57,374 nucleotides of DNA from Nostocoides sp. (lineage in GTDB: Bacteria > Actinomycetota > Actinomycetes > Actinomycetales > Dermatophilaceae). Positions 40,330-53,051 of the stretch are shown one piece after another. Position 1 is the stretch's first letter. Each line of letters opens with the position of its first letter. Where the stretch lies: contig JBDIAJ010000001.1 of the NCBI GenBank assembly GCA_039812345.1, positions 1 to 57,374 of the forward strand. Direction: 5' to 3'. Position numbers and translations under genes: made by a program. The notes below the pieces were generated by a model. That model was not told the origin of the DNA. It saw only the letters and a list, made by a program, of their open reading frames with translations, and made no database searches.

Positions 40330-41193
40330 ATGCCGTCGACCTCCTCCGTTGTAGCTCCGGGCGTCATCTCGCCACGACGCACCGTTCCGGCGTCCATCGA
40401 GCGACCGGAGTATGTCGACCGGCCCGCCCCGCGACCGTTCACCGGGTCCGAGGTCAAGGACACCGACACGATCGAGCGGATGCGGATCGCCGGTCGCCTC
40501 GCCGCCCGGGCGATGGAGGCCGCCGCCGCGGCGATCACCCCGGGAGTCACCACCGACGCGCTCGACGCGATCGCCCACGACTACCTCTGCGACCACGGCG
40601 CCTATCCCTCGACGCTCGGTTATCGCGGCTTCCCGAAGTCGATCTGCACGTCGGTCAACGAGGTGATCTGCCACGGCATACCGGACGACCGCCGGCTCGA
40701 GGACGGCGACATCGTCAACATCGACATCACGGCCTTCATCGACGGCGTCCACGGCGACACCGACGCGACCTATCTCGTGGGCCACGTCGACGAGGAGTCA
40801 CGGCTCCTGGTCGAGCGCACCCGGGAGGCGATGCTCCGCGGCATCCGCGCGGCGACGCCGGGGCGCCCGGTCAATGTCATCGGCCGGGTGATCGAGAGCT
40901 ACGCCAGGCGCTTCGGCTACGGCGTCGTGCGCGACTTCACCGGCCACGGCATCGGGACGGCCTTCCACTCCGGCCTGGTCATCCCGCACTACGACGCGGC
41001 CCCGCACTACGGGACGGTCATCGAGCCGGGCATGACCTTCACCATCGAGCCGATGCTCAACCTCGGCACGCACCGGTGGGACATGTGGCCGGACAAGTGG
41101 ACGGTCGTGACGAAGGACAAGCGTCGCTCGGCGCAGTTCGAGCACACCATCCTCATCACCGAGCACGGCAACGAGATCCTGACCCTCCCCTGA
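40330..41193 (+). CDS. map: Methionine aminopeptidase type I
   Basis: [59 protein letters not shown]. Confidence 0.96.
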   Translation: MPSTSSVVAPGVISPRRTVPASIERPEYVDRPAPRPFTGSEVKDTDTIERMRIAGRLAARAMEAAAAAITPGVTTDALDAIAHDYLCDHGAYPSTLGYRGFPKSICTSVNEVICHGIPDDRRLEDGDIVNIDITAFIDGVHGDTDATYLVGHVDEESRLLVERTREAMLRGIRAATPGRPVNVIGRVIESYARRFGYGVVRDFTGHGIGTAFHSGLVIPHYDAAPHYGTVIEPGMTFTIEPMLNLGTHRWDMWPDKWTVVTKDKRRSAQFEHTILITEHGNEILTLP

Positions 41194-41244
41194 CCGCTTT
41201 GTCGTTCAGGCGAGCGTCGACGCCCTCCGAGGGAGGGCACCCGG

Positions 41245-42108
41245 TCACTCGAGGAAGGAGTGCTCCTCGGCGGGGAAGGTGCCATCGGCGACCTCCGCGG
41301 CATAGGCCTTCGCGGCGTCACCGAGGACGGTCCGCAGGTTGGCGTACTTCTTGACGAACCGCGGGGCCCGGCCCCCGCGCAGGCCGGCCATGTCCTGCCA
41401 GACCAGCACCTGGGCGTCGCAGTGCGGGCCGGCGCCGATGCCGATGGTCGGAATGCGGAGCGACTCGGTGACCGCCTTCGCGGCCGGCGCGGGCACCATC
41501 TCCATGACGACGGCGAAGCACCCGGCGGCCTCGAGGGCCAGCGCGTCGTCCATGAGCTTCTCCGCCCCCGCCCCGCGACCCTGGACCCGGTATCCCCCGA
41601 GGACGTGCTCGCTCTGTGGGGTGAACCCGATGTGCCCCATGACGGGGATGCCGGCCCGCACCAACAACTCGACCTCGGGCACCATCGCCGCCCCGCCCTC
41701 GAGCTTGACGGCGTGGGCGAGGCCCTCCTTCATGAACCGGGTCGCCGTGGCCAGCGCCTGCTGGGGGCTCGCCTGATACGAGCCGAAGGGCAGGTCGCCG
41801 ACGACCATCGCCCGCTTGGCCGCCGAGGTGACCGCCCGGCACAGAGGGATGAGGTGATCGACCGTCACCGGGACCGTCGTCTCGAAGCCATAGACGTTGT
41901 TGCCGGCCGAGTCGCCGACCAGGAGAACGGGGATGCCGGCCTCGTCGAAGATCTCCGCGGAATACATGTCGTATGCCGTGAGCATCGCCCACTTCTCCCC
42001 GCTCGCCTTCCACTGCATCAGGTGCGGGATGCGGATCCGCCGCTGAGGTGCGGCCTGGGCCCCGGTGCCGTAGGGGTTGGTGGTCTCGGGTGCCGGCGAC
42101 GCGGTCAT
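41245..42108 (-). CDS. panB: 3-methyl-2-oxobutanoate hydroxymethyltransferase
   Basis: [38 protein letters not shown]...AQVLVWQD. Confidence 0.96.
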   Translation of the reverse strand: MTASPAPETTNPYGTGAQAAPQRRIRIPHLMQWKASGEKWAMLTAYDMYSAEIFDEAGIPVLLVGDSAGNNVYGFETTVPVTVDHLIPLCRAVTSAAKRAMVVGDLPFGSYQASPQQALATATRFMKEGLAHAVKLEGGAAMVPEVELLVRAGIPVMGHIGFTPQSEHVLGGYRVQGRGAGAEKLMDDALALEAAGCFAVVMEMVPAPAAKAVTESLRIPTIGIGAGPHCDAQVLVWQDMAGLRGGRAPRFVKKYANLRTVLGDAAKAYAAEVADGTFPAEEHSFLE

Positions 42109-42295
42109 GGCGGCCATCCTAGGAGGGCCCGGCCTCCGGTGTGCGCCCCCATATCACACCGATCTGGAGGAAGATCGAGCAATCCTCGGGAATTTGTTGT
42201 GTGCTAACCCCCGCTCCGCGTCGGATTCGTGTTTGCCTTGCCCTGGGTGCCGCCCACCCGTGCGGACCCGACATACCGATCTGGGAGGACAGGTA

Positions 42296-44617
42296 GTGAA
42301 GAAACGACACGTGGGAGTCGTGTCCGGGATCGCGGTCGCCGCGCTCGCCCTGACAATGGCCCCGACCACGGCGCAGGCCGGTTCGACGCCGTCGCCGGCA
42401 CCGGCCGGCACGGACGGCGCCGCGATCCGCAAGGGTGGCGACGCCCTGCCCAACCCGCTCGCCGACGCACAGGCGAAGCTGCGCCAGGAGGCGGTCTCGA
42501 AGCTGCTCGACGGCGAGGCGACGCTCCAGGGCAGCGGGAGCAACCGGGTCATCAAGATCGCGGGCAACCCCAACGCCCGCGCCGGCGACCCGGCCGCCAA
42601 GAGCCGCTGGGTCTGGTACCCGACGAACCGCGAGGAGTCGATCTTCACGATCCTCGTCCAGTTCGGCGACAAGACGATGACCTCGACCGGCGGCACGGCC
42701 GGGCCGATGAAGAACCAGATCCCGGCCCCGGACCGCAACTGGGACGGCAGTTCGACCGACAACAACTCGACCTACTGGGTCAAGGACTTCAACACGGCCC
42801 ACTACAAGACCATGATGTTCGGGGCGGGCACCTCCTTCAAGGACTTCTACCAGAAGCAGTCCCAGGGGCGCTTCCTCGCCAAGGGCGATGTCGCCGACTG
42901 GGTCAAGGTCCCCTACAACGAGGCACGCTACGGCTCCAACAACCTGCCGGACAACGAGACCTACTGGCCGTTCATCACCGACAGCGTCAACGCGTGGTAC
43001 GCCAACCAGGTCAAGATGGGCAAGACCAAGGCTCAGATCCGCGCCTACTTGAGCCAGTTCGACAAGGTCGACCGCTACGACTACGACGGTGACGGCAACT
43101 TCAACGAGCCCGACGGCTATATCGACCACTTCCAGGACATCCACGCCGGTGAAGGCGAGGAGGCCGGTGGCGGCGCGCAGGGCGCCGACGCCATCTGGAG
43201 CCACCGCTGGTATGTCAACTCCAACCTCGTCGGCTCGACCGGTCCCTCGTTCAACAAGCTCGGCGGCACCCAGATCGGCAACTCCGGCATCTGGGTCGGG
43301 GACTACACCACGGAGCCGGAGAACGGCGGCCTCGGCGTGTTCACGCACGAGTTCGGTCACGACCTCGGCCTGCGCGACTACTACGACACCGCGGGCGGCG
43401 ACAACAGCACGGCCTTCTGGACGCTCATGTCCTCCGGGTCGTGGCTCAACCGCGGCGGCAACGCGATCGGCACGGTGCCCGGTTACATGGGCCCGCACGA
43501 GAAGCTGCTGCTGGGCTGGTTGGACTACAAGCTCCTGAAGTACAGCAAGGGCAAGACCTACCAGCCGATCCTCGGGCCGGCGAACAAGGACGGCCAGGGG
43601 ATGCCCCAGGCGGTGGCGATCCTGCTGCCCGACCGCAAGGTGACGACCACCTACAACACGCCATACGCCGGATCCATGGAATGGTGGGGCGGCGCCGGAG
43701 ACAACCTCACCACGACGATGAGCCGTGCACTCGACCTGACCGGTGCCTCGACGGCGAAGGTCGACTCCATGCTCTGGTCCGACATCGAGGAGGGCTACGA
43801 CTTCCTGTATGCCGAGGCCTCCACCGACGGCGGGTCCACCTGGAGCCAGGTCGGTGACGCGGTCACCGGCCAGAACCCCAAGTGGGTTCCGATGAGCTGG
43901 GACCTCTCGGCATACGCCGGCAAGAAGATCCAGTTCCGCTTCCGCTACTCCACCGACGGCGGCGTCCACTACGGCGGTCCGTTCCTCGACAACATCGCGA
44001 TCACCAAGGGCTCGACGACGATCCTCACGGACGGCGCCGAGACCGACACCGGGTGGACCACCTCCGGCTGGACGCGGATGAGCGGGACGACGTCCGAGAT
44101 GAAGCAGAACTACTACCTCGTCGAGGACCGGGTCTACTCCGGCTACGACAACACCCTCAAGGTCGGCCCCTACAACTTCGGGTGGGCGGACAGCAAGCCC
44201 GACTGGGTCGAGCGGTTCCCATTCCAGAACGGCATGCTGGTCTGGTACGTCGATGACCGTTACAGCGACAACAACACCATCACCCACCCGGGTGGCGGTT
44301 TCGCCCTGCCGGTGGACCTCCACCCCGAGGCGATCGTCGCGAGCAACGGCCAGACCGTGACCAACCGCCGCGGAGCCTTCGACGCCACCTTCGGTCTCGA
44401 GCGGACCGATGCGGTCACCTTCCACAAGAGCGGTGTCCCGGTGACGATTCCGTCCCGGCCCGGGGTCGCGACCTTCGACGACACCGACCCGATGGCCTAC
44501 TGGAGTTCCGGGAACCCGATGAACTCGGTCCAGGTCGCCGGCACCGGCACGATGGTCAAGGTGCTCTCGCAGGCGAGCCGCGGCTGGCCGCTGCAGTTGC
44601 AGGTCAGCTTCAAGTGA
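42296..44617 (+). CDS. Secreted M6-family metalloprotease (immune inhibitor A-like)
   Basis: Signal peptide, DGDGNFNEPDGYIDHFQ, IWSHRW, HEFGHDLGL.D zinc motif; SD GGGAGG before GTG. Confidence 0.92.
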   Translation: MKKRHVGVVSGIAVAALALTMAPTTAQAGSTPSPAPAGTDGAAIRKGGDALPNPLADAQAKLRQEAVSKLLDGEATLQGSGSNRVIKIAGNPNARAGDPAAKSRWVWYPTNREESIFTILVQFGDKTMTSTGGTAGPMKNQIPAPDRNWDGSSTDNNSTYWVKDFNTAHYKTMMFGAGTSFKDFYQKQSQGRFLAKGDVADWVKVPYNEARYGSNNLPDNETYWPFITDSVNAWYANQVKMGKTKAQIRAYLSQFDKVDRYDYDGDGNFNEPDGYIDHFQDIHAGEGEEAGGGAQGADAIWSHRWYVNSNLVGSTGPSFNKLGGTQIGNSGIWVGDYTTEPENGGLGVFTHEFGHDLGLRDYYDTAGGDNSTAFWTLMSSGSWLNRGGNAIGTVPGYMGPHEKLLLGWLDYKLLKYSKGKTYQPILGPANKDGQGMPQAVAILLPDRKVTTTYNTPYAGSMEWWGGAGDNLTTTMSRALDLTGASTAKVDSMLWSDIEEGYDFLYAEASTDGGSTWSQVGDAVTGQNPKWVPMSWDLSAYAGKKIQFRFRYSTDGGVHYGGPFLDNIAITKGSTTILTDGAETDTGWTTSGWTRMSGTTSEMKQNYYLVEDRVYSGYDNTLKVGPYNFGWADSKPDWVERFPFQNGMLVWYVDDRYSDNNTITHPGGGFALPVDLHPEAIVASNGQTVTNRRGAFDATFGLERTDAVTFHKSGVPVTIPSRPGVATFDDTDPMAYWSSGNPMNSVQVAGTGTMVKVLSQASRGWPLQLQVSFK

Positions 44618-44671
44618 GCCGCCGCTCGGGTGAGCCGGCGACGGCCGCCTGACATCGGCATACGGAATCGA

Positions 44672-44707
44672 GACGAGGGCCCCGGGAGCGATCCCGGGGC
44701 CCTCGTC
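44672..44707 (+). terminator. Intrinsic terminator-like hairpin after the protease gene
   Basis: Perfect 16-bp stem GACGAGGGCCCCGGGA / TCCCGGGGCCCTCGTC with a GCGA loop. Confidence 0.8.
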
Positions 44708-44710
44708 CGG

Positions 44711-44726
44711 TTAACAGGCCCGTAAC
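44711..44726. promoter_or_regulatory. Candidate GlnR-type box
   Basis: TTAAC-N6-GTAAC directly upstream of glnA2. Confidence 0.55.
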
Positions 44727-44749
44727 ACGGGTGCGCTTGTATGGCGCGC

Positions 44750-46087
44750 ATGGATCGTCAGCAGGAGTTCGTCCTGCGGACCATCGAGGAACGAGACATC
44801 CGGTTCGTGCGCCTGTGGTTCACGGACGTCCTCGGGACGCTGAAGTCGGTGGCCATCGCCCCGGCCGAGCTCGAGGGGGCGTTCGCCGAAGGCATCGGCT
44901 TCGACGGCTCGGTCATCGAGGGGTTCGCCCGCGTGTTCGAGTCGGACATGCTCGCCAAACCCGACCCCGGGACCTTCCAGGTGCTCCCGTGGCGGGGTGA
45001 GTCGCCCGGCACCGCCCGGATGTTCTGCGACATCATGCTGCCGGACGGCACGCCGAGCATCGCCGACCCTCGGCATGTGCTCAAGCGAACCCTGGCGAAG
45101 TGCGCGGACATGGGCTATACCTTCTACACCCATCCCGAGATCGAGTTCTTCCTCCTCAAGTCCGGCTGGGTGCCCGGAGAGGCGCCGGAGCCGATCGACC
45201 AGGCCGGCTATTTCGACCACGTCCCCAAGGGCATGGCGCACGACTTCCGCCGCGCGGCGATCTCCATGCTCGAGTCGATCGGGATCTCCGTCGAGTTCAG
45301 TCACCACGAGGGCGCCCCGGGACAGAACGAGATCGACCTGCGGTATGCCGATGCGCTCACCACCAGCGACAACATCATGACCTTCCGCACGGTCGTCAAG
45401 GAGGTCGCGCTCGAGCGCGGGATCTATGCGACGTTCATGCCCAAGGTCTTCGCCGAGCACCCCGGCTCGGGCATGCACACGCACATGTCGCTCTTCGAGG
45501 GCGACGCCAACGCCTTCTTCGAGGCGGGCGCGAAGTATCAGCTCTCGACAACGGCCCGGCAGTTCATCGCCGGCATCCTCCGGCACGGGGCGGAGATCTC
45601 GGCCGTGACCAATCAGTGGGTCAACTCCTACAAGCGCCTGTGGGGCGGCGGCGAGGCGCCGGCGCACGTGACCTGGGGCCACAACAACACCTCGGCGATG
45701 GTCCGGGTCCCGATGTACAAGCCGTTGAAGGGGCAGAGCAGCCGGGTCGAGGTGCGCACCATCGACTCCGCGTGCAACCCCTACCTCGCCTACGCGATGA
45801 TCCTCGCCGCCGGCTTGAAGGGGATCGAGAAGAGATACGAGCTGCCTCCGGAGACAGAGGAGGACGTGTGGGCGCTCACCCGCCGAGAGCGCCGCGCCAT
45901 GGGGATCGAGCCCCTGCCGAGCTCGCTCTCCGAGGCCATCGTCGCGATGGAGCGCAGCGAGCTGGTCGCCGAGACCCTCGGCGAGCACGTCTTCGACTTC
46001 TTCCTGCGCAACAAGCGCCGGGAGTGGGAGGACTATCGCCACCAGGTCACCGCCTTCGAGTTGGAGCGCCTCCTCCCGCGGCTGTAG
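44750..46087 (+). CDS. glnA2: Glutamine synthetase-family protein (GlnA2 type)
   Basis: MDRQQEFVLRTIEERDIRFVRLWFTDVLG, FDGS, HHEGAPGQNEI, FMPK, GSGMHTH, NPYL; upstream of glnE. Confidence 0.92.
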   Translation: MDRQQEFVLRTIEERDIRFVRLWFTDVLGTLKSVAIAPAELEGAFAEGIGFDGSVIEGFARVFESDMLAKPDPGTFQVLPWRGESPGTARMFCDIMLPDGTPSIADPRHVLKRTLAKCADMGYTFYTHPEIEFFLLKSGWVPGEAPEPIDQAGYFDHVPKGMAHDFRRAAISMLESIGISVEFSHHEGAPGQNEIDLRYADALTTSDNIMTFRTVVKEVALERGIYATFMPKVFAEHPGSGMHTHMSLFEGDANAFFEAGAKYQLSTTARQFIAGILRHGAEISAVTNQWVNSYKRLWGGGEAPAHVTWGHNNTSAMVRVPMYKPLKGQSSRVEVRTIDSACNPYLAYAMILAAGLKGIEKRYELPPETEEDVWALTRRERRAMGIEPLPSSLSEAIVAMERSELVAETLGEHVFDFFLRNKRREWEDYRHQVTAFELERLLPRL

Positions 46088-46190
46088 GCGTGGTCGGCGC
46101 CCGGGCGTGGGCTCGCTCCGAGCGGGTGACCGGCGACGGAGCCGGTCGGTGGAGACTGGGGACACCTGGCGCGGCCGTTAGGGTTGGGGC

Positions 46191-49100
46191 GTGTCGACGG
46201 CGAGGACGGAGAGCGCGGGGGCGGCGCTCGCGCGACTCGGTTTCGCCGACCCCGACCGGGCCGCCCGGCTGATCGCCGACCCGGCCCTGGCCGGTCTCAT
46301 CGACCCGCTCGATGACACCTTCAGCGACGGTCTGCTCCACGCCCTCGCCGACGTCGCGGACCCCGACCTCGCCCTGCTGACCCTGGTCCGGCTCATGGAA
46401 GCCCTGCGCAGTGCCGTCGACCGGGAGGCCGAGGGGTCGGCCCTGCGCACCGAGCTGCCGGCCCTCATCGCCGAGCTTCGCCGCCCCGGTGTCGGCCGGC
46501 AGCGGCTCCTCGCGGTCATCGGTGCCTCGATCGCGCTCGGTGACCACCTCGTCGCCCATCCGGAGCACTGGCGCAGCGTCGCCCAGGCCCGCCCGCGGGC
46601 CGTCCAGGAGCGCATCTCCCGACTCGTCGGCGCGGTCGAGAACCCCCCGGACGGACTCACCCCCGACGATGCGCTGCGCGTCTTCTATCGACGCGGGCTG
46701 CTCGGGATCGCGGCCCTCGACCTGACCGCACCCGACCCCCTCGCCGCCATGCCCGTGACCGCCGCGGCGCTCGCCGACCTCGCCGAGGCGGCGCTGGAAG
46801 CGGCATACGTCATCGCCCGGCACGAGGCGGGAGACGCCGCCCGCGGCTGCCGGCTCGCCGTCATCGCCATGGGCAAGACCGGCGGGCGGGAACTGAACTA
46901 CATCAGTGACGTCGACGTCATCTTCGTCGCCGAACCCGCCGAGGGGGTCACCGAGCGGGAGGCGATCGAGGTCGCCACGGCCATGGCGACCCGCCTGATG
47001 ACGGCCTGCAGCCGGTCGACGCCCAGCGGGACGCTCTGGCAGGTCGACCCGGCGCTGCGGCCCGAGGGCAAGCAGGGCCCGCTGGTGCGGACCATCGCCA
47101 GCCACCGCGCCTATTACGAGCGGTGGGCCAAGACCTGGGAGTTCCAGGCGCTGCTCAAGGCCCGCGTCGTCGCCGGGGACCGCCGGATCGGGGAGGTCTA
47201 TCTCGACACGGTCCGCCCGATGGTGTGGGAGGCCGCCTCGCGGGAGCACTTCGTCGACGACGTCCAGGCGATGCGCCGCCGGGTCGAGGCCCACATTCCC
47301 AGCGCCGAGGCGGACCGGCAGCTCAAACTCGGCCCGGGCGGGCTGCGGGACATCGAGTTCAGCGTCCAGCTGCTCCAGCTCGTCCACGGGCGCACCGACC
47401 CCAGCCTCCGGTCGGGGACGACCCTCGACGGCCTCGCCGCCCTCGCCCGCGGCGGGTATGTCGGGCGCGAGGACGCCAATGTCCTGGGATCGGCATACCG
47501 GCTCCTGCGCACCCTCGAACATCGGATCCAGCTGCAGCGTCTGCGACGCACCCACCTCATGCCGACGGCGAAGGCCGACCTGCGCCGCCTCGGGCGGGCC
47601 CTCGGCCACCGGCAGGACCCGGTGACCGCCGTCGAGCAGGCCTGGCGGGCCGAGGCACGGGAGGTGCGCCGGCTCCACGAGCGGCTCTTCTACCGCCCGC
47701 TGCTCGCCGCCGTCGCGCGGCTCGACGCCGACGACGTCCGGTTGACCCCCGCCGCCGCCCGCGACCGCTTGCGGGCCCTGGGCTTCCGCGACCCGGACGG
47801 CGCCATCCGCCATCTCGAGGCGCTCACCGAGGGGATCTCTCGGCGGGCCGCCATCCAACGCCACCTCCTGCCGGTCATGCTCGGCTGGTTCGCCGAGGAG
47901 ATCGACCCCGACGGGGGGCTGCTGGCCTTCCGCGACGTCAGCGAGTCGCTCGGCGCCACCGCGTGGTATCTGCGCCTGCTGCGGGACGAACCGCAGGCCG
48001 CCGAGTATCTCGCCCGCACCCTCGCCCGCAGCCGGTTCGCCGCCGACCTGCTCCGGGCCGCGCCCGAGGCGGTCCAGATTCTCGGCGACCCCTCCGGGCT
48101 GGCGCCGCGCGGCCGCGCGGACGTCGAACGCCGCATGCGGGTGGCCGCTTCGACGAAGCGCTCCCCTGACGAGGCGGTCGCGGCCGCCCGTCAGATCCGG
48201 AAGGTCGAACTCTTCCGGGTGGCCGTGGCGCATCTCGTCGCCGGGCTCGATCCGGTCGGCGTCGGGCGGGGACTGGCCGATATCACCGACGCCACCATCC
48301 AGGTCGCGCTCGACGCCGTCATGCGGGCCGAGCAGGCCCGAACCGGCGGCCCGCTGCTGACCGACCTCCTCATCGTCGGCATGGGTCGGCTCGGGGGGAG
48401 CGAATGCGGCTTCGCCTCCGACGCCGACGTCATGTTCGTCCACGACCCCCGGCTCGGGGCGGACGAGACGGAGGCCCAGCACCAGGCCCTCGAGATCATC
48501 AAGGAGTTGCGCCGGCTCCTCGAGCGCCCCGGACCCGACCCCGCGATCGGCCTGGACGCCGACCTGCGCCCCGAGGGGAAGAGCGGCCCGCTCGTGCGCA
48601 GCCTCGACTCCTACCGGGCCTACTACGACCGGTGGGCCCTGACCTGGGAGGCGCAGGCCCTGGTCCGGGCCCGCCCGGTCGCCGGGGACGACGATCTCGC
48701 CGCGAAGTTCATCGACCTCATCGACCCGATCCGCTGGCCCGCCTCCGGCCTCGACGCCGCCCAGGTCCGGGACATCCGCCGGCTCAAGGCCCGGATGGAG
48801 GCCGAGCGCCTGCCCCGGGGAGCCGACCGGCGCCTCCACTTCAAGCTCGGGACCGGCGGCCTCTCCGACGTCGAGTGGACCGTGCAACTGCTCCAGCTCG
48901 AGCACGCCCACTCCTATCCGACCCTGCGGACGACCTCGACGCTGCCGGCGCTGCACGGGCTGGCCCAGGCCCGGCTCATCTCCAGCGGTGACCACGCGAC
49001 CCTCGCCGACGCGTGGATCCAGGCCGACGCGACCCGCGACGCGGCGATGCTCTTCCGCGGCCGGGCGGTCGAGTCGGTGCCGACCGACGTGCGCGAGGCC

Positions 49101-49238
49101 GACGGCACTGCGCGGATCATGGGCCTGCCCCCGGGATCGGGCCAGGAACTCGCCGAGAACTATCGCCGCGTCGGCCGCCGTGCCCGTGCGGTCGTCGACC
49201 GGCTCTTCTACGGCGAGCCGGGGGAGCCCGGGGTCTGA
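46191..49238 (+). CDS. glnE: Glutamine synthetase adenylyltransferase/deadenylase
   Basis: [27 protein letters not shown] (twice), [24 protein letters not shown]. Confidence 0.95.
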   Translation: MSTARTESAGAALARLGFADPDRAARLIADPALAGLIDPLDDTFSDGLLHALADVADPDLALLTLVRLMEALRSAVDREAEGSALRTELPALIAELRRPGVGRQRLLAVIGASIALGDHLVAHPEHWRSVAQARPRAVQERISRLVGAVENPPDGLTPDDALRVFYRRGLLGIAALDLTAPDPLAAMPVTAAALADLAEAALEAAYVIARHEAGDAARGCRLAVIAMGKTGGRELNYISDVDVIFVAEPAEGVTEREAIEVATAMATRLMTACSRSTPSGTLWQVDPALRPEGKQGPLVRTIASHRAYYERWAKTWEFQALLKARVVAGDRRIGEVYLDTVRPMVWEAASREHFVDDVQAMRRRVEAHIPSAEADRQLKLGPGGLRDIEFSVQLLQLVHGRTDPSLRSGTTLDGLAALARGGYVGREDANVLGSAYRLLRTLEHRIQLQRLRRTHLMPTAKADLRRLGRALGHRQDPVTAVEQAWRAEAREVRRLHERLFYRPLLAAVARLDADDVRLTPAAARDRLRALGFRDPDGAIRHLEALTEGISRRAAIQRHLLPVMLGWFAEEIDPDGGLLAFRDVSESLGATAWYLRLLRDEPQAAEYLARTLARSRFAADLLRAAPEAVQILGDPSGLAPRGRADVERRMRVAASTKRSPDEAVAAARQIRKVELFRVAVAHLVAGLDPVGVGRGLADITDATIQVALDAVMRAEQARTGGPLLTDLLIVGMGRLGGSECGFASDADVMFVHDPRLGADETEAQHQALEIIKELRRLLERPGPDPAIGLDADLRPEGKSGPLVRSLDSYRAYYDRWALTWEAQALVRARPVAGDDDLAAKFIDLIDPIRWPASGLDAAQVRDIRRLKARMEAERLPRGADRRLHFKLGTGGLSDVEWTVQLLQLEHAHSYPTLRTTSTLPALHGLAQARLISSGDHATLADAWIQADATRDAAMLFRGRAVESVPTDVREADGTARIMGLPPGSGQELAENYRRVGRRARAVVDRLFYGEPGEPGV

Positions 49239-49281
49239 GCGCGGCGAGCCCGCGGCATACGTCCGCTTTAGAATCGGCGCC

Positions 49282-50646
49282 ATGATGCAGCGACTGGATC
49301 TGCGTGGCCGATCCCTGTCCCTGCGCGAGCTGCGTGACTGCTTGCCCAGGGCCGAGTTCGACGTCGACGCCGCGCTGCATGCGGTCGGCCCGATCTGCGA
49401 CGCGGTCCGCGACGGCGGCGCCGAGGCGCTGCGGGACCTTTCGCAGCGGTATGACGGGGTGCGCCCGGGGCGCCTGCGGGTGCCCGCCGACGTGCTCGAC
49501 CTCGCTCTGCGGCAACTCGATCCCGACGTCCGCGCGGCGCTCGAGGTCTCCATTGCCCGGGCCCGGGCCGTGCATGCCGACCAGGTGCGCACCGACACGA
49601 CCACCCGGGTCACCGCGGGCGGCACCGTCACCGAGCGCTGGATCCCGGTCGACCGGGTCGGTCTCTATGTCCCGGGCGGGCGCGCGGTCTATCCGAGTTC
49701 GGTCGTCATGAACGTCGTCCCCGCGCAGACGGCCGGTGTCGGCTCTCTCGCCGTCGCGAGCCCGCCGCAGCGGGAGAACACCGGGCCGCTCGCGGGCTAC
49801 CCCCACCCGAGCATCCTCGCGGCCTGCGCACTGCTCGGGGTGCGGGAGGTGTATGCCGTCGGCGGCGCCCAGGCGATCGCCGCCTTCGCCTTCGGCTTCA
49901 CCGACGGCGATGACGTCTGCGAGCCGGTCAGCCTCGTCACCGGTCCCGGCAACATCTATGTCGCCGCGGCCAAGCGCCTGCTGAAGGGACGCATCGGGAT
50001 CGACGCCGAGGCCGGGCCGACCGAGATCGCCGTCCTCGCCGACGCCAGCGCCGACGCCGACCACGTCGCCGCCGATCTGGTCAGCCAGGCCGAGCACGAC
50101 CCGCTCGCGGCCAGCGTCCTGGTCACCGACGACATCGGTCTCGCCGACGCGGTGGTCGCGGCCGTCACCCGCCGGGCCGGGGCGACCAAGCACAGCGAGC
50201 GGGTCCGGGAGGCCCTCTCCGGACCCCAGTCCGCGGTCCTCCTCGTCGACGATCTCGACCAGGGTCTCGCCGTCGTCGATGCGTATGCCGCGGAGCACCT
50301 CGAGGTCATCACCGTCGACGCACCGTCGGTCGCCGCCCGGGTCCGCAATGCCGGCGCGATCTTCGTCGGGTCGTTCAGCCCGGTCTCGCTCGGGGACTAC
50401 GCCGCCGGCTCCAATCACGTACTGCCGACCGGTGGGTGCGCCTGCCACAGCAGCGGCCTGTCGGTGCAGTCGTTCCTGCGCGGGGTCCACGTCGTCCACT
50501 ACGACCGGGCCGCGCTGGCCGAGGTCGCCGGGCACATCGTCACCCTCGCGCAGGCCGAGGACCTGCCGGCCCACGGCGAGGCCGTCCTCGCGCGGGTCGG
50601 CGAGGCGCCCGGGGCCGTGCCCGGTGACGGGGGGGCGGCGGCGTGA
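49282..50646 (+). CDS. hisD: Histidinol dehydrogenase
   Basis: [51 protein letters not shown]. Confidence 0.96.
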   Translation: MMQRLDLRGRSLSLRELRDCLPRAEFDVDAALHAVGPICDAVRDGGAEALRDLSQRYDGVRPGRLRVPADVLDLALRQLDPDVRAALEVSIARARAVHADQVRTDTTTRVTAGGTVTERWIPVDRVGLYVPGGRAVYPSSVVMNVVPAQTAGVGSLAVASPPQRENTGPLAGYPHPSILAACALLGVREVYAVGGAQAIAAFAFGFTDGDDVCEPVSLVTGPGNIYVAAAKRLLKGRIGIDAEAGPTEIAVLADASADADHVAADLVSQAEHDPLAASVLVTDDIGLADAVVAAVTRRAGATKHSERVREALSGPQSAVLLVDDLDQGLAVVDAYAAEHLEVITVDAPSVAARVRNAGAIFVGSFSPVSLGDYAAGSNHVLPTGGCACHSSGLSVQSFLRGVHVVHYDRAALAEVAGHIVTLAQAEDLPAHGEAVLARVGEAPGAVPGDGGAAA

Positions 50647-51788
50647 CCGTGACGACCCGAGCCGACCTCTCGCGACTGCTGCGGGCCGATCTGCGGGGGG
50701 AATCGGCATACGGCGCACCGCAGTTGGACGTCCCGGCGGCCCTCAACACCAACGAGAACTCGTATCCGGTGCCGAGCGAGGTCGTCACCGACATGGTCGC
50801 GGAGGTCGCCCGGGTCCTGCCCGGCCTCAACCGGTATCCCGACCGCGAGTTCACCGCCCTGCGGGAGGCCCTCGCCGGCTACCTGTCCCGTTCCGGGACG
50901 CCCGTGACCGCCGCCCAGGTCTGGGCCGGCAATGGCTCCAACGAGGTCCTCCTCCACCTGTTCCAGGCGTTCGGCGGCGTCGGGCGGACGGCGATCGGGT
51001 TCACCCCGTCCTACTCGATGCACTCGATCATCGCCGGCACGAGCCAGACGACCTGGGTGCCCGGCCGGCGCAGCGCAGACCCGGAGCGGCTGTTCACCCT
51101 CGACGCCGCATCCGTTGCGGCACAGATCGATGCGGCGAACCCCGCCCTGGTCTTCCTGTGCTCGCCGAACAACCCGACCGGCACGGCGATCGACCTCGAC
51201 GTGATCGAGGCGGCCTACGCCGCCGCCCCCGAGGCCGTCATCGTCGTCGACGAGGCGTATGCCGAGTTCGCCCGGCCGGGGACACCCTCGGCCCTGACGC
51301 TGCTCGCCGGCCGCGAGCGGCTCGTCGTGACCCGGACGATGAGCAAGGCGTTCGCCCTCGCCGGTGGCCGGCTCGGCTATCTCGCCGCCGATCCCGAGCT
51401 GACCGCGCTGTTGCGCCTGGTCCGGATGCCCTATCACCTGTCCGCGCCGACCCAGGCGATCGCGGTGGCGGCCCTGCGGCATACGGACACCATGTTGGGG
51501 ACGGTCGGCGCCATCAAGGAGCAGCGCGATCGGATCGCCACCGACCTGACCGCCCTGGGCTTCCCTCCGGTGGCCAGCGACGCCAACTTCGTCCTCTTCG
51601 GCGGGCTCGCCGACGCCGCCGCCACGTGGTCCGCCCTCCTCGACCGCGGCGTGCTGGTGCGCGATGTCGGAATCCCCCACTACCTTCGGGTGACGGCGGG
51701 TCCCCCCGCCGAGACGACGGCCTTCCTGAGCGCGATGGCCGAGCTGGGCGACGACCACCGCCTCGCGCCACGACGGGAGCGACCATGA
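50643..51788 (+). CDS. hisC: Histidinol-phosphate aminotransferase
   Basis: [43 protein letters not shown]. Confidence 0.95.
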   Translation: MTVTTRADLSRLLRADLRGESAYGAPQLDVPAALNTNENSYPVPSEVVTDMVAEVARVLPGLNRYPDREFTALREALAGYLSRSGTPVTAAQVWAGNGSNEVLLHLFQAFGGVGRTAIGFTPSYSMHSIIAGTSQTTWVPGRRSADPERLFTLDAASVAAQIDAANPALVFLCSPNNPTGTAIDLDVIEAAYAAAPEAVIVVDEAYAEFARPGTPSALTLLAGRERLVVTRTMSKAFALAGGRLGYLAADPELTALLRLVRMPYHLSAPTQAIAVAALRHTDTMLGTVGAIKEQRDRIATDLTALGFPPVASDANFVLFGGLADAAATWSALLDRGVLVRDVGIPHYLRVTAGPPAETTAFLSAMAELGDDHRLAPRRERP

Positions 51789-52393
51789 AGACGACCCCAC
51801 GCACGGCGTCCCGCGAGCGCGCGACGAGCGAGTCCAATGTCGCCGTCCGGGTCAACCTCGACGGCACCGGGGCGTCGTCGATCATCACCGGCATCGGGTT
51901 CTATGACCACATGCTCACGTCCCTGTCGCGGCACTCGCTCATCGACCTCGACATCACCGCGACCGGCGACACCCACATCGACGCTCACCACACGGTGGAG
52001 GACACCGCGATCGTCCTCGGCGAGACCCTCGCCGAGGCCCTCGGCGACAAGCGCGGCATCGCCCGGTTCGGGGACGCGACCGTCCCCCTCGACGAGGCCC
52101 TGGTCCACGCGGTCGTCGACGTCGCCGGCCGCCCCTATTGCGTCCACACCGGTGAACCGCCCGGGCAGGAGTACGTCGTCATCGGTGGCAACTACGTCGG
52201 GTCCCTGACCCGGCACGTGTTCGAGACCCTCGCCTTCCGCGCCGGGATCGCCCTCCACGTCCGCGTGCTCGGTGGACGCGACCCCCACCACATCGTCGAG
52301 GCGCAGTTCAAGGCGGTCGCCCGGGCACTGCGGGCCGCGGTCGAGCGGGATCCGCGGGTGAGCGGCATACCGAGCACGAAGGGTGCCCTGTAG
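51785..52393 (+). CDS. hisB: Imidazoleglycerol-phosphate dehydratase
   Basis: [41 protein letters not shown]. Confidence 0.96.
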   Translation: MKTTPRTASRERATSESNVAVRVNLDGTGASSIITGIGFYDHMLTSLSRHSLIDLDITATGDTHIDAHHTVEDTAIVLGETLAEALGDKRGIARFGDATVPLDEALVHAVVDVAGRPYCVHTGEPPGQEYVVIGGNYVGSLTRHVFETLAFRAGIALHVRVLGGRDPHHIVEAQFKAVARALRAAVERDPRVSGIPSTKGAL

Positions 52394-52397
52394 CCGT

Positions 52398-53051
52398 ATG
52401 CCGCCGAGACCCGCCCCCTCCGCCCGCCGCCCCGTCGGCGCGCTCCTGCTCGCCCGCGCCCGGCCCGACCGGATCCGGATCTGGGCCGGTCGCGGCCTCA
52501 CCTCGGTCCACGTCACCGGCCTCGGCCCGTGGACCGGTGTGACCCCGGCCGGCGACCGCGCCCGGGCCGCCGCTCCCTATGACGACGCCCGTATGGCGCT
52601 CGCCGCCCGCCCGCTGCCCTCCTCCCTGCGCCCCTCGGTCGGGTTCTTCGTCACCGGGCTGCGCGCCGTCGTCATCATCCAGCCGCGCGGGTGGCGCCCG
52701 GTCAAGCGGTGGGTCGTCTGGTTGCCGGAGGCCGGGCCCGTGTCGGCGCCTGGGCTGCCGTCCGCCACGGCGGTCGATCTCATCGACGTCACCGGGGCGG
52801 GTCAGTCCGCCCTGCCCGGCGTCATGGAGGCGCTCGCCGAGGTGCCGCGCGACGCCCTGACCTGGCTGGCCGGGGTGCACGAGGCACTGCGGCTCCCGGG
52901 CCGGGACCTCCTCGTCGAACCGGACGCCGCGCTCGGGACGCTCGTCGAGCCCGACCCCGAGTCGGTGGCCCGGTTCGACGGGATCATGCGCGAGGAGGCG
53001 GCCCACCTCGCCGAGGTCGCCCACCCGAGCCGGCGGGGAGGGCGGAGCTGA
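52398..53051 (+). CDS. Hypothetical protein inside the his operon
   Basis: Fills the hisB-hisH gap, TGATG coupling to hisH, GC3-rich frame. Confidence 0.7.
   Translation: MPPRPAPSARRPVGALLLARARPDRIRIWAGRGLTSVHVTGLGPWTGVTPAGDRARAAAPYDDARMALAARPLPSSLRPSVGFFVTGLRAVVIIQPRGWRPVKRWVVWLPEAGPVSAPGLPSATAVDLIDVTGAGQSALPGVMEALAEVPRDALTWLAGVHEALRLPGRDLLVEPDAALGTLVEPDPESVARFDGIMREEAAHLAEVAHPSRRGGRS

Noticed and set aside
44750-46087. Glutamine synthetase next to glnE lacks the adenylylated Tyr (EDVWAL)
   Set aside because: Expected for the GlnA2 subfamily; glnA2-glnE adjacency is known in Actinobacteria.
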